Shown: positions 10,420-21,269, counted from the stretch's first letter. The stretch: DNA of 64,000 nt from Candidatus Latescibacterota bacterium (GCA_965204725.1 OZ242005.1:2912001-2976000), one strand, 5' to 3'. Numbers and translations: made by a program. The notes: generated by a model not told the origin, from the letters alone.

Positions 10420-12935
10420 ACGAGGCAACCGCTCGTCGCAAGATCGACCGGCTGCTCGAAAACGCGGGGTGGCGCTTCTTCGACAGCGACGACGGGCGAG
10501 CCAATATCCGCTTGGAAGCGCAGGTCGCCCTCCAGCGCGACGACCTCGACCGCTTGGGCGACGATTTCGAGCGTTCCGGCCGAGGGTTCGTCGATTTCCT
10601 GCTCCTCGACGACCGGGGCTTTCCGTTCATCGTGTTGGAGGCCAAGTCCGAGGCCAAAGACCCCCTCGTCGGCAAGGAGCAGGCCCGCCGCTATGCCCGC
10701 TCGCTAGACTGCCGCTTCGTCCTCCTCTCCAACGGCAACCTGCACTACTTCTGGGACTTAGAGCGCGGCAACCCGCATATCATCACCGCGTTTCCAACGC
10801 CGGACTCGGTGGAAGGATACAAACAGATCGTTCCCAACCCGCAGCGTCTGATCGATGAACAGGTTGGTGCCGACTACATCGCCCTCACGCAGCGGCCCAA
10901 CTATGCGGCCGAGGCCGGGTGGCGCGACGAGGCCGAGCGACCCGGCTACATCGAGACGCACGGGCTGCGCTTTTTGCGCGACTATCAGGTCCGAGCGATC
11001 CATCGTTTGCAGCGGGCCGTCCGCGACGGGCGCGACCGCTTCCTGTTCGAGATGGCGACCGGCACCGGCAAGACGCTGGTGGCCGCGGCCGTCATCAAGC
11101 TGTTTCTCCGCACTGGCAACGCCCGCCGCGTCCTCTTCTTGGTCGATCGGTTGGAGCTGGAAGACCAAGCGGCGCGCAAGTCCTTCGTCCCGTACTTGAC
11201 TCCCGACTTCGACGCAGTCATCTACAAGGAAAAACGCGACGACTGGCGTCGGGCACACATCGTGGTGTCCACCGTTCAGTCACTGCTGTTCAATAACAAG
11301 TACCAAGCGCAGTTTTCGCCCACGGATTTCGACTTGGTGATTTCGGACGAGGCGCACCGCTCCATCAGCGGCAACGCCCGCGCCGTATTCGATTACTTCG
11401 TCGGCTACAAGCTGGGGCTGACGGCTACGCCCCGCGACTTTCTCAGAGGCATCCAAGCGACCGACCCGCGTGCGGTGGAGCGCCGGTTGCTGCTCGACAC
11501 CTACCGCACCTTTGGCTGCGAGCGGGGCGAGCCGACGTTTCGCTACTCCCTGCTCGACGGGGTGCGCGATGGGCATCTGGTCAATCCTCGGGTCATTGAC
11601 GCACGCACCGAGGTGACCACCCAACTGCTCGCCGCCGAGGGCTTTGTGGTGTCTTTCACCGATGACGAAGGCGAGCAACAAGCGGAGGCGTTCAAACGAC
11701 GCGATTTCGAGCGGGCGTTCTTCTCGGAAGCCACCAACGCGGTCTTTTGCCGGACCTTCCTAGAGAATGCGCTCCGCGATCCGATTAGCGGGGAGGTCGG
11801 CAAATCCATCGTCTTCGCCGTGAGCCAGACCCACGCGGCCAAGCTAACGCAGCTATTCAACCAGATCGCCGACCGCATGTTTCCGGGCCGGTATCAGTCG
11901 GACTTTGCAGTGCAAGTCACGTCGCACGTTGCGGACGCCCAGCAATTCGCGGTCAACTTTGCCAACAACAACCTCTTGGGGGCTGGCAACTTCATGCGTG
12001 AGTACCGGACGAGCAAGGCGCGGGTCTGCGTAACCGTCGGCATGATGACCACCGGCTACGACTGCACAGACATTCTCAATTTGGGCCTGTTCAGGCCGAT
12101 ATTCTCGCCGACCGACTTCGTCCAGATCAAGGGGCGCGGCACGCGCAAACACAACTTCCTCGACCTTATGATCGGGCACCGCACCACCGGCGACGCCGCG
12201 CCAGAAAAGACCACCTTCAAGCTGTTCGACTTCTTCGGCAACTGCCAATACTTCGAGACCGAGTTCAACTACGACGAGGTATTGGAACTGCCGCGGTTGC
12301 GCGATAGAAGCGGCGAGCGAGGGGACGAGCCAAGGCCGGTTGTATATGCTGGCCCCTACGAGCACTTGGGGAGCGACTTTCTCTCGACGATTGAGCAAGC
12401 GCAGATCGGGGCCGAGGGGATGAGAATTGACCGGATGTTTTTCGACCGCTTTGCCGACGAGGTGCGCGAAAACGACTTCATTGCCCAAGCCGTTGAAGCG
12501 GGCCAATGGGATCGCGCCATTGACTATGTAAATCGAGAAGTCTTTGACCAGCCCGAGGAGTACTACACCCTCTCCAAGCTGCGCCAAGCCGCGGCCGTGG
12601 ATCGCCGCGTGAGCTTGCGCGAGATACTGGAGAAGGTCTTTGACCTCATCCCGCGTTTTAAGTCGAGAGACGAGTTGCTCGAAGAGGAGTTCGCCAAATT
12701 CGTGGCGGATTACAAGCCCGACGAAGCGGCGTCTGTCGCGGCGATTCGGGCGTACTTCAAGGCGTATCTGACCAGCGGCCGAACCCGAGACATCATTGAG
12801 AACCGGACCTTCACCGAACTGGCGACCAATCCGGCCTTTTCCTCCCGCGACTTTCGCGCCGTGCCGGTGCCATACCGCGCCCTCGTTCCCGAGTATGTCA
12901 AGGATTACGTGTCTCTGAATCAGTTCGCCGTTTAG
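10416..12935 (+). CDS. hsdR: Type I restriction subunit HsdR (EcoAI/EcoEI-like)
   Basis: N-terminal D...LEAK nuclease motif, MATGTGKT, DEAHRS, GLTATP, TTGYD, QIKGRGTR. Confidence 0.92.
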   Translation: MNEATARRKIDRLLENAGWRFFDSDDGRANIRLEAQVALQRDDLDRLGDDFERSGRGFVDFLLLDDRGFPFIVLEAKSEAKDPLVGKEQARRYARSLDCRFVLLSNGNLHYFWDLERGNPHIITAFPTPDSVEGYKQIVPNPQRLIDEQVGADYIALTQRPNYAAEAGWRDEAERPGYIETHGLRFLRDYQVRAIHRLQRAVRDGRDRFLFEMATGTGKTLVAAAVIKLFLRTGNARRVLFLVDRLELEDQAARKSFVPYLTPDFDAVIYKEKRDDWRRAHIVVSTVQSLLFNNKYQAQFSPTDFDLVISDEAHRSISGNARAVFDYFVGYKLGLTATPRDFLRGIQATDPRAVERRLLLDTYRTFGCERGEPTFRYSLLDGVRDGHLVNPRVIDARTEVTTQLLAAEGFVVSFTDDEGEQQAEAFKRRDFERAFFSEATNAVFCRTFLENALRDPISGEVGKSIVFAVSQTHAAKLTQLFNQIADRMFPGRYQSDFAVQVTSHVADAQQFAVNFANNNLLGAGNFMREYRTSKARVCVTVGMMTTGYDCTDILNLGLFRPIFSPTDFVQIKGRGTRKHNFLDLMIGHRTTGDAAPEKTTFKLFDFFGNCQYFETEFNYDEVLELPRLRDRSGERGDEPRPVVYAGPYEHLGSDFLSTIEQAQIGAEGMRIDRMFFDRFADEVRENDFIAQAVEAGQWDRAIDYVNREVFDQPEEYYTLSKLRQAAAVDRRVSLREILEKVFDLIPRFKSRDELLEEEFAKFVADYKPDEAASVAAIRAYFKAYLTSGRTRDIIENRTFTELATNPAFSSRDFRAVPVPYRALVPEYVKDYVSLNQFAV

Positions 12936-13007
12936 GAACCGCTATTCACGCATTTATCCAGAAAAACCGTGAATGGAACCCATTTTTCGCGGTCTATTCA
13001 CGGATAT

Positions 13008-13036
13008 TTGACAATATAGCGTGAATACGATACCAT
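13008..13036 (+). promoter_or_regulatory. sigma70-like promoter of fic with an upstream inverted repeat
   Basis: TTGACA-17 bp-TACCAT ending 6 bp before ATG 13043; CCGTGAAT...ATTCACGG inverted repeat at ~12967-13003. Confidence 0.55.
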
Positions 13037-13042
13037 AACGAT

Positions 13043-13933
13043 ATGGCGACTACGCAGCCGATAAGAAACCGCATCCAGGGGCTGAAGCGGGCGTACGATG
13101 CCTTGCGCCGAGGCAAGGAATCGCTGCTGTCGATGATCGACGAAGTGGAGATACCAGAGCATGTGTACAACTCGAACGCGATTGAGAATTCAACTCTTAC
13201 GCTCGAGGAGACAGAGCGAGTCCTGTTGGAGCAGATGTTGTCCCGAAATGTGTCTGTGCGGGAATTATTTGAGGCGAAAAATCTAGCCCGCGTCACAGAA
13301 TACAAACGGGCTAAAGTTAAAGATAGCGAGCTGAACAAAGACCTGATACTGCTCTTACATAGGATGCTCATCGGCGGCATTAACGATGCCATCGCCGGTC
13401 GCTTTCGCCAGCAGGGGGAATACGTGCGGGTGGGTACTCATATCGCGCCGGCACCCGAACATGTAGAGCGCATGATAGACGACATTCTCATCGAGTATTC
13501 CAGCGATCTCAGCACCTATTTCCTCGATAAAATTGCCCGATTTCACTTGGATTTTGAGGGCATCCATCCCTTTTGCGACGGCAATGGTCGCTTGGGGCGG
13601 GTTCTCATCAATTTTCAACTCCTCCAGCACGGGCTGCCGTGCCTTATTATTCGCAACTCGGAAAAGGAGCGGTACTATCAGGCGTTTAGGAGCTATGAGA
13701 ACCGCCAAACGACTCGGGCGATGGAAGAGATTTTGGCGTTAGGGCTCGTGGAGGCGCTACACAAGCGGTTGGGTTATTTACAGGGGGAGGCCATTATCCG
13801 GCTATCAGACTATATCAAGCAGCATGGCCTCTCAGCACCGATGGTCACGAACGCCGCCCGTCGCCAGACTATCCCCGCTTTTCGCGAGAAGGGAGTGTGG
13901 AAAATCGGGGCGGAATTCGCGTACCGGAGCTAG
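13043..13933 (+). CDS. Fic family protein
   Basis: SNAIENS inhibitory-helix-like motif and HPFCDGNGRLGR Fic motif. Confidence 0.95.
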   Translation: MATTQPIRNRIQGLKRAYDALRRGKESLLSMIDEVEIPEHVYNSNAIENSTLTLEETERVLLEQMLSRNVSVRELFEAKNLARVTEYKRAKVKDSELNKDLILLLHRMLIGGINDAIAGRFRQQGEYVRVGTHIAPAPEHVERMIDDILIEYSSDLSTYFLDKIARFHLDFEGIHPFCDGNGRLGRVLINFQLLQHGLPCLIIRNSEKERYYQAFRSYENRQTTRAMEEILALGLVEALHKRLGYLQGEAIIRLSDYIKQHGLSAPMVTNAARRQTIPAFREKGVWKIGAEFAYRS

Positions 13934-13934
13934 T

Positions 13935-13989
13935 ATGCTCGACACTGCGACCAAACGCCGCATTGACACGACCCGCGACATCCTCGTCG
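13935..13989 (+). pseudogene. 5' stub of hsdM (MLDTATKRRIDTTRDILV)
   Basis: ~55 bp copy of 14484-14538; the two copies flank HicBA. Confidence 0.9.
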
Positions 13990-14032
13990 CTGAACCAGTT
14001 CGTGGCAGGGTCTAACTCAAACGAGAGGTGGA

Positions 14033-14242
14033 ATGATGAGACAAGTCGTTGTTTATCCCGGCGAAGATGGGTATTGGGTTGCTGAATGTCCCAGCTTGTT
14101 GGGCTGCATCAGTCAAGGAAAAACGAAGCAGGAAGCCATTGCCAACATCAAAGAGGCCATTGAAGGATACGTCGCATCTCTTGAGGAAGACGGACTGCCC
14201 GTTCCCGAAGAACACTTTGAGGCCATGGTCGTGGCCGTATGA
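14033..14242 (+). CDS. hicB: HicB family antitoxin
   Basis: GYWVAECPSLLGCISQGKTKQEAIANIKEAI. Confidence 0.92.
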   Translation: MMRQVVVYPGEDGYWVAECPSLLGCISQGKTKQEAIANIKEAIEGYVASLEEDGLPVPEEHFEAMVVAV

Positions 14243-14460
14243 GTAGTCTGCCGAGAATTTCAGGGCGGAACTGTGCCAGAGCTCTCAGTAAAATTGGATT
14301 TCGCCTGAGACGGCAGCGTGGCAGTCATATAATTTTGCGTCGAGACAATCCTTTCTCTCAGGTCGTTGTTCCCGATCATAAGGAACTGGACAGAGGCACT
14401 TTGCGAAGCATTATCAGACACGTAGAGATCAGTGTAGAAGATTTTGTGAAACTGTTATAG
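14239..14460 (+). CDS. hicA: HicA family toxin
   Basis: RQRGSHIIL...VVVPDHKELDRGTLRSII. Confidence 0.92.
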   Translation: MSSLPRISGRNCARALSKIGFRLRRQRGSHIILRRDNPFSQVVVPDHKELDRGTLRSIIRHVEISVEDFVKLL

Positions 14461-14483
14461 CCGCATTCGACCGGAAAACGACT

Positions 14484-16994
14484 ATGCTCGACACTGCGAC
14501 CAAACGCCGCATTGACACGGCCCGCGACATTCTCGTCGGCAAGGTGCCCGATCCCAAAAGCCAAGTGGAGCAGATCACCATCGCGCTCATCTACAAGTTC
14601 ATGGACGACATCGACGCTGAGAGCGAGGAGTTGGGGGGGCAGCGCACGTTCTTTGCCGGCGAATTTGCCGGCTATGGGTGGGCTAAGCTGATGCGAGCCG
14701 GCTTGGGCGGCCACGAAATGTTGAACCTATACGCCGAGGCCATTGCGCGGCTGCCGGAAAACCCAGGCATGCCGCCGTTGTTCCGCAGCATTTTCAACAA
14801 CGCCTATCTTCCCTACCGCGACCCGGAGACCTTGCGCGCCTTCCTCAAGGTCGTTGACGAGTTTACGTATGATCACAGCGAGCGGCTGGGCGACGCCTTT
14901 GAGTATCTGCTGTCGGTGCTGGGCTCGCAGGGCGACGCCGGGCAGTTTCGCACGCCGCGCCATATCATCGACTTCATGGTCGCCGTCGTTGACCCTCAGA
15001 AAGACCAAACGGTGCTCGATCCGGCCTGCGGCACGGCCGGGTTCTTGATTTCGTCGTACAAGCACATTCTCAAGGCCAACACCGACGCCGAGGGGCACAG
15101 TACGCTGACGCCCGACGAAAAGGGGGCACTCGCGGCCAATTTCAGGGGCTATGACATTTCGCCCGATATGGTGCGGCTGTCGCTGGTGAATCTGTATCTG
15201 CACGGCTTTGTCGAGCCGCATATTGCCGAATACGATACCCTGACCAGCGAGGAGCGCTGGAACGAGTATGCCGACGTGATTTTGGCGAATCCGCCGTTTA
15301 TGTCGCCCAAGGGCGGCATTCGTCCGCACAACCGCTTTTCGGTTCAGTCCAAGCGCAGCGAAGTGCTGTTTGTCGATTACATTGCCGAGCATCTGACGCC
15401 GGCGGGGCGGGCGGGGGTCATCGTGCCGGAGGGCATTATCTTTCAGAGCCAGCGTGCTCACAAGCAGTTGCGGAAGATGCTGGTTGAGGAGTATCTCGTC
15501 GCGGTGGTGTCGTTGCCGGCGGGGGTGTTTCAGCCTTATTCGGGGGTTAAGACGTCTATTCTGCTGCTGGACAGATCGCTTGCGACAAAGACCGAGCACA
15601 TTGCCTTTTTCAAGGTGGAGAACGATGGGTTTGATTTGGGGGCGCAACGGCGGGAGATTGCCGAGAATGATTTGCCGAAGGTGAAGGAGGAGCTTGGCGA
15701 ATACTTGCGCCGTTTGCACATAGGAGAATCCGTGGCAGATTTCGCGCCAACGTTGGGACTGGTCAGTAAAAAAGAAAGAGTTGCAGAGGGTGGGGAATAC
15801 AATCTGAGCGGGGAAAGGTATCGGGAGAGTGGAACAAGGCAGTCTGATTGGCCGGTGGTCTCGTTAGGAGAGCAAGAGATTTTCAGCGTTGAAAGTGGTG
15901 GCACACCTAAATCAGGGGTCAAGGAATACTGGAATGGTGGCGTCCCCTGGATCACGCTGGTTGACTTGCCGACAGGCGATTTCATCACAGAAATTACTGA
16001 CACACAGAGGACGATAAGCGAGAAGGGTTTGCGGAACTCGGCTGCAAAGATGCTTCCTGCCAACTCTGTTGTCGTTTCATCAAGAGCGACCATTGGTCGA
16101 ATCGGTATCAATCGCATACCTCTCGCCACCAACCAAGGCTTCAAAAATGTCGTCATCAAGGATATAAATAGGGCAATTCCTGAATACGTTGCATTGGCAT
16201 TGACGAAATTGGTGCCGACAATGCAAGCCCAAGCCAGCGGCTCAACTTACAAAGAAATTATCAAGTCAAGGTTCAGTGAACTACGCATCCCTTTGCCGAC
16301 ACTGGAAGTCCAGCGAGAAATCGTCGCGGAGATTGAGGGCTATCAGCAGGTGATAGAGGGGGCGCGGGCGGTGGTCGAGAACTATCGGCCGCATATTGCG
16401 ATTGATCCACAGTGGCCGATGGTGGCGATTGGAAAAACCTGTATTGTGAATCCGCGAAAATCAGAACTCGCCGGACTCGATGAGTCAACGACTGTTTCAT
16501 TCGTACCTATGGCAGATATGGACGAAGGTACAATGTATTTTGCCCCAAAGGATTGCAAATGCCTGAAAGAGGTTGGTTCCAGCTATACCTATTTCAAGGA
16601 CGATGACGTGCTGATTGCAAAAGTGACGCCGTGTTTTGAAAACGGCAAAGCGGGAATTGCAAAAGGCTTGAGTAATGGAATCGGCTTCGGCTCAAGCGAG
16701 TTCTATGTTTTGAGGCCGTCGGAGGCCGCGCTTCCCGAATGGATTTTCCTATGCGTAGCCACGCCAGCCTTCCGTGCATGGGCGACGCCCCGAATGACAG
16801 GAACCGGCGGCTTGCAACGAGTTCCGAGGTCAGTGATAGAAAATTACAAAATCCCTCTGCCATCATTGACAATACAACAAGCCATCGTCACCGAGATCGA
16901 AGTGGAGCAATCTCTCGTTGTTGCCAACCGGGAGTTGATGGAGCGGATGGAGGAGAAGATTCGGACGGCGATTGGGCGGGTGTGGAACGGTTAA
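14484..16994 (+). CDS. Type I HsdM-HsdS fusion, allele A
   Basis: GQFRTPRHI, DPACGTAGFL, NPPF; two TRDs bounded by IPLP..QREIVAEIE and IPLP..QQAIVTEIE conserved regions. Confidence 0.93.
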   Translation: MLDTATKRRIDTARDILVGKVPDPKSQVEQITIALIYKFMDDIDAESEELGGQRTFFAGEFAGYGWAKLMRAGLGGHEMLNLYAEAIARLPENPGMPPLFRSIFNNAYLPYRDPETLRAFLKVVDEFTYDHSERLGDAFEYLLSVLGSQGDAGQFRTPRHIIDFMVAVVDPQKDQTVLDPACGTAGFLISSYKHILKANTDAEGHSTLTPDEKGALAANFRGYDISPDMVRLSLVNLYLHGFVEPHIAEYDTLTSEERWNEYADVILANPPFMSPKGGIRPHNRFSVQSKRSEVLFVDYIAEHLTPAGRAGVIVPEGIIFQSQRAHKQLRKMLVEEYLVAVVSLPAGVFQPYSGVKTSILLLDRSLATKTEHIAFFKVENDGFDLGAQRREIAENDLPKVKEELGEYLRRLHIGESVADFAPTLGLVSKKERVAEGGEYNLSGERYRESGTRQSDWPVVSLGEQEIFSVESGGTPKSGVKEYWNGGVPWITLVDLPTGDFITEITDTQRTISEKGLRNSAAKMLPANSVVVSSRATIGRIGINRIPLATNQGFKNVVIKDINRAIPEYVALALTKLVPTMQAQASGSTYKEIIKSRFSELRIPLPTLEVQREIVAEIEGYQQVIEGARAVVENYRPHIAIDPQWPMVAIGKTCIVNPRKSELAGLDESTTVSFVPMADMDEGTMYFAPKDCKCLKEVGSSYTYFKDDDVLIAKVTPCFENGKAGIAKGLSNGIGFGSSEFYVLRPSEAALPEWIFLCVATPAFRAWATPRMTGTGGLQRVPRSVIENYKIPLPSLTIQQAIVTEIEVEQSLVVANRELMERMEEKIRTAIGRVWNG

Positions 16995-17096
16995 TCTACC
17001 AAGATAACATAAGATGAATATGTATATTTCTCAAGTATCAGGACGGCAGATTCCGGCAACTCTTGAAATCCTTTTTGGCGAGGTTTCTACAATCAA

Positions 17097-20000
17097 ATGA
17101 GACACATTCCCACATCTTTGTATATTGATACAGAGGTATTCAAGCACCAAGGATTACGTTTGGATACAGACGACTTTAAATCACTGAAGGGCACATTCGT
17201 CAAGGGAGGACTACGTTTATTGATTCCGGCTATGATGGAACGCGAGCTTCTTCGGCATTACCGGAGGCAGGCTGAAGAATGTGCAGACGCAATTCACAAG
17301 GCACAATGGAAGCACCCTATGCCATTCTTGGGAATGTGGACGCCACTATCTGAAAACGAGATTATAGATAAATGTTTCAGCGAGCTTAAATCACAGTGGG
17401 AGCAATTCAAATTACATTTCGTTGTTGAAACACTACCACTTGTTGGGGACATAAACCATGTCGTGGATTGGTATTTTTCGGTTAAGCCACCATTTTCTGA
17501 GAAGAAAAAGAAAGAATTTCCTGATGCCTTTATTTTAAGTGTACTGGAGGCATACCACAATGACCACAAGGCAAACATCGCCGTGGTGAGTGGAGATAAA
17601 GATTTTAGTGAAGCCTGCAAGATTAGACGTTATATATATCATTTTGACAGTCTTAAAGAATACGTCAACATGTTTAAGCCTGAGCTCACTAAAGAGCAGC
17701 ATTTAACCGAGGAGCCTGTCGATCCTACTCAACCGATTGTCACCGAAGACTTGCAGGAACTGAAAGCCATATTAGATCGAGGAATCGATGCTACTCAGAT
17801 TGAGATTGACCGAGTAATAAAATTGTTACAACGTCGAGGTGAAAACTACCGCTATTTCTTCAATAATGCAGATAAGCCGATGTGGCTTCCTCATCTAAGG
17901 ACCAGTGGACTGTTAGATAACATACCGGAAGTTGAACAAACTGAAGATGGAGGTTTAAAGATTCCTTATTGGCCACCGATTTACTATCTCGAGAAAATTT
18001 GTGACTCAGCTCGTGAAGAAGTCTTGACCATATTGGAAGGACTACCTAAAAACACTAACCCACGTGTACTTGAGGGAATTTTGAACATAGTTCTAAAGTC
18101 GGACGATATGAATGACCTGATGCGTCTCTCTGAAAAAGTTCTCGCCTTTATAGATCACTCTCAATGGAGCCATGAGAAAATCATACAACTAGTTGATAGG
18201 CTTTCGCTTATGGACAGACGTTTCATCGGATTTTCAGAACCATTTTTACTCAAGATAATTGAGTTCCAACCCGACCAGCAAGCCGAAGACAAACAGGCCC
18301 GCCGCAGAGCGAATCCCGAAGATTGGACAACTCGACTGGAGCCACAACCACGCTTTAGCGAGTGGGAGTATCATCAGATACTGGAAAAAGGTGTCAAACC
18401 TTTGGCAGAGCGAGAGCCTTACCAAACCGCTCGAATACTGCTTGATGCCACCGCGACCGTGATACGCCTCATGTTCCATCAAGACGATCTTGAAGAGAAC
18501 AGTAGTAATGATTCTACCTTTATTTGGTTTGAGCGTATAAACGAACTTGGCGGTAGCCTCCCAGACTCGAAGAGTATTCTTGTTCACACACTAACGTTCG
18601 CCTGCGAAAAAGTTTACGAGAGAGCACCGGAAACCGTACCGGCATTGGATCAAGTGTTGCGAAACCAGCGTTGGGAAATTTTTACACGCATCCGCCAGCA
18701 TCTTTACGCATTGCATTTAAATGAACAGACTAAGCCTTGGATACGTGAGATGATCCTTGCTCACGAAGATTACGATAAATGGCATCATCGTTTTGAGTTC
18801 CAGCGCATGATTCGCCTGTCGTGCGAAAAATTCGGTGCTGATTTGCTCCCCGAGACCGAAAAGAAGCGAATATTTGAGGCCATCCTTAGCGGCCCATCGG
18901 AACAGAGTTCTCGGGACTGGATGGGAGCTCGTTTTACCCAAGAATTATTTGAAGAATGGAAACGCAATTTTCACAGAATGCAACTAAATCCATTTGCTTC
19001 AGTACTCTTCGGTAAGTACGACGAATACTTCAAAGAGCTAAATGCGGGAGCAGAAAAGTCGATTACGGATGACGACTATACACCTTATGGATTGGAAGAT
19101 ATGGAAGGGAAGAGAGTAGAAGAACGCAGTCCAAAGCCAGCTAAAGAACTGAAGAAAATGTCAGATGAGGAAATCCTTTCGTTCTTGAATGAATGGGAAA
19201 ATGTTGGTCGCGATTCTGATGAGTGGTGGGTACACATCAACTTTGAAGGACTTGCTCAGACATTTCAGGCATTATTCAAAGAAAGTATAATATCAGACGA
19301 ATCACGGCTACATTTTTGGCTCGAAAACCGGAACCAGTTGGAGAGACCTATCTATGTTAAGGCGATAGTGTCTGCTATTCATGAGCAAGTAAAACTCAAG
19401 CAATTTGACAACCTCGGTCAATGGTTTGAACTCTGCGAATGGGTATTGTCCCATCCTGACCAGCCAAAGGAAGAAGGTGTCAATCGTAGCGATGTATCCA
19501 GAGAGCATCCAAGTTGGCAAAGTGCGCGTCGAACGGTGGGTGACTTCGTCGGGATGTGCCTAGAGGAGAATATCAATGTCCCAATCTCAGGGCGTCAGCA
19601 TATCGCCTCTCTGTTGGATAAGCTCTGCACCCAATACGACAGGCGACTAGAGGAGGGTGAGCCTGTTTTTCTGAATCGAGATGACCAACTAAACGAAGCA
19701 CTCAATAATACACGAAGTATGGCACTGGAGCACTTGGTCAGATTCGGTTATTGGATACGCCGCCAGTTGGAGGATGATCAAGCAGCTACACCTGAAGTTT
19801 TTACCATCCTTGAAAAACGGCTCGGTTCAGAATGCGAGTACGCACTGACGCTGCCTGAATATGCCTTCCTTGGACTGAATTACGGTCGTATCTATGGTTT
19901 GGATAGAGAGTGGGCGATTCGGCATAAGAATGATCTTCTTCCGCAGGAGAAACTACCGGCATGGACGGAAGCCTTTGGAAATTTCCTTCGGTATAATCGG

Positions 20001-20687
20001 CCATACAAACAGATCTTTGATATTGTCCGAGACGACATTGAATTCGCACTTGAGAACATTGACAAATTCAAGACGAACAGTGCAAATACTCTCGGCGAAC
20101 ACTTATTTACCTACTATCTATGGAAAGTTTATCCACTTACAGGAGACAGTAGCTTACTGGAAAAATTTTACGAAAAGACCAAGAAAGACAAAGAGCGATG
20201 GTCTCACTTGTTTTATTATGTGGGCCGCCGTTTGAAAGACAGCGGTAAGCAACTGGAAGCAGACCTTAAGCAGAGAATTATCGACTTTTTCGACTGGCGT
20301 TTTGAGAGAAAGGAACCATCTGAACTTAAAGAGTTTACGTTTTGGCTGGAAGCAGAGTGCTTGGACGCCGAGTGGCGTCTGACTTCGTTATCGAAAGTCC
20401 TCGATATAAACGAATTAAAGAATAGAAAAACATACACGCAGATAAGTGCCCTACGAGAGATGGTTGAGGATCATACTACCCTAGTCGTAGAGTGCTTTGC
20501 CAAATTGACTGAGATCGATAATGAGAATGACGGGAACTTTTATATCCGTATCCCAACCGATAAAGCGAAACCTATCCTCCGAGCAGGATTAAACAGCAGC
20601 GATGACACGGTACGAGCAAATGCCGAACGGGCTCGCGAGAACCTACTTCGATGCGGACGCTTTGATTTTTTGGACATGGAAGGATAA
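17097..20687 (+). CDS. Large protein with an N-terminal PIN-like (DUF4935-type) domain; candidate defence protein
   Basis: YIDTEVF, FPDAFI and VVSGDKDF acidic PIN motifs, then ~1000 aa of apparently helical sequence; low GC. Confidence 0.75.
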   Translation: MRHIPTSLYIDTEVFKHQGLRLDTDDFKSLKGTFVKGGLRLLIPAMMERELLRHYRRQAEECADAIHKAQWKHPMPFLGMWTPLSENEIIDKCFSELKSQWEQFKLHFVVETLPLVGDINHVVDWYFSVKPPFSEKKKKEFPDAFILSVLEAYHNDHKANIAVVSGDKDFSEACKIRRYIYHFDSLKEYVNMFKPELTKEQHLTEEPVDPTQPIVTEDLQELKAILDRGIDATQIEIDRVIKLLQRRGENYRYFFNNADKPMWLPHLRTSGLLDNIPEVEQTEDGGLKIPYWPPIYYLEKICDSAREEVLTILEGLPKNTNPRVLEGILNIVLKSDDMNDLMRLSEKVLAFIDHSQWSHEKIIQLVDRLSLMDRRFIGFSEPFLLKIIEFQPDQQAEDKQARRRANPEDWTTRLEPQPRFSEWEYHQILEKGVKPLAEREPYQTARILLDATATVIRLMFHQDDLEENSSNDSTFIWFERINELGGSLPDSKSILVHTLTFACEKVYERAPETVPALDQVLRNQRWEIFTRIRQHLYALHLNEQTKPWIREMILAHEDYDKWHHRFEFQRMIRLSCEKFGADLLPETEKKRIFEAILSGPSEQSSRDWMGARFTQELFEEWKRNFHRMQLNPFASVLFGKYDEYFKELNAGAEKSITDDDYTPYGLEDMEGKRVEERSPKPAKELKKMSDEEILSFLNEWENVGRDSDEWWVHINFEGLAQTFQALFKESIISDESRLHFWLENRNQLERPIYVKAIVSAIHEQVKLKQFDNLGQWFELCEWVLSHPDQPKEEGVNRSDVSREHPSWQSARRTVGDFVGMCLEENINVPISGRQHIASLLDKLCTQYDRRLEEGEPVFLNRDDQLNEALNNTRSMALEHLVRFGYWIRRQLEDDQAATPEVFTILEKRLGSECEYALTLPEYAFLGLNYGRIYGLDREWAIRHKNDLLPQEKLPAWTEAFGNFLRYNRPYKQIFDIVRDDIEFALENIDKFKTNSANTLGEHLFTYYLWKVYPLTGDSSLLEKFYEKTKKDKERWSHLFYYVGRRLKDSGKQLEADLKQRIIDFFDWRFERKEPSELKEFTFWLEAECLDAEWRLTSLSKVLDINELKNRKTYTQISALREMVEDHTTLVVECFAKLTEIDNENDGNFYIRIPTDKAKPILRAGLNSSDDTVRANAERARENLLRCGRFDFLDMEG

Positions 20688-20749
20688 ACCATCTGTTTGG
20701 CTACTGAACCGTGGGCAAGGAGAAGCAAATGAATAACCGCAAAGAGACC

Positions 20750-20950
20750 ATGATGAGGTACAAAATTGCCCTTCACCAATCTGACGAAGGCTACAGTGTG
20801 TCGATCCCCGGCTTTCCGGGCTGTTGGTCCGAGGGAAGAACAGAAGAAGAAGCCCTCGTTAATATCGAAGCCGCCATTCGAGAATATCTCAGCGTAGTAG
20901 AAGACCTTTTGAAGGATGCCGAAGTCCGAGAAATCGAACTGGCTGTATAA
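20750..20950 (+). CDS. hicB: HicB family antitoxin
   Basis: GYSVSIPGFPGCWSEGRTEEEALVNIEAAI. Confidence 0.9.
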   Translation: MMRYKIALHQSDEGYSVSIPGFPGCWSEGRTEEEALVNIEAAIREYLSVVEDLLKDAEVREIELAV

Positions 20951-20952
20951 AC

Positions 20953-21165
20953 ATGCCCAAGATTCCGGGCGTCAATCATCTTAACGCGGTGCGAGCTTTG
21001 GAAAAAGCAGGCTTTCGCATTGCACGTCAGGGCAAGCACATCGTCATGACGGATGGAGTGCGTATTCTGACTGTTCCAAGAAACAACCCTGTTAATGCCT
21101 TTACTATGGGGGGTATTGTAAGAGACGCAGGATTAACCGTTGAAGAATTCCGTGATCTTTTGTGA
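20953..21165 (+). CDS. hicA: HicA family toxin
   Basis: LEKAGFRIARQGKHIVM...TVPRNNPVNAFTMGGIVRDAGL. Confidence 0.9.
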   Translation: MPKIPGVNHLNAVRALEKAGFRIARQGKHIVMTDGVRILTVPRNNPVNAFTMGGIVRDAGLTVEEFRDLL

Positions 21166-21269
21166 TGGAACGTGTTGATGTGTGAAAGAATTTATCAGAG
21201 GTTCTGGTGGTGGAGAGGTTCGTACTCGATCCGTATCCACCGCGAGATAAGTGATAGGATATTGCGTAA

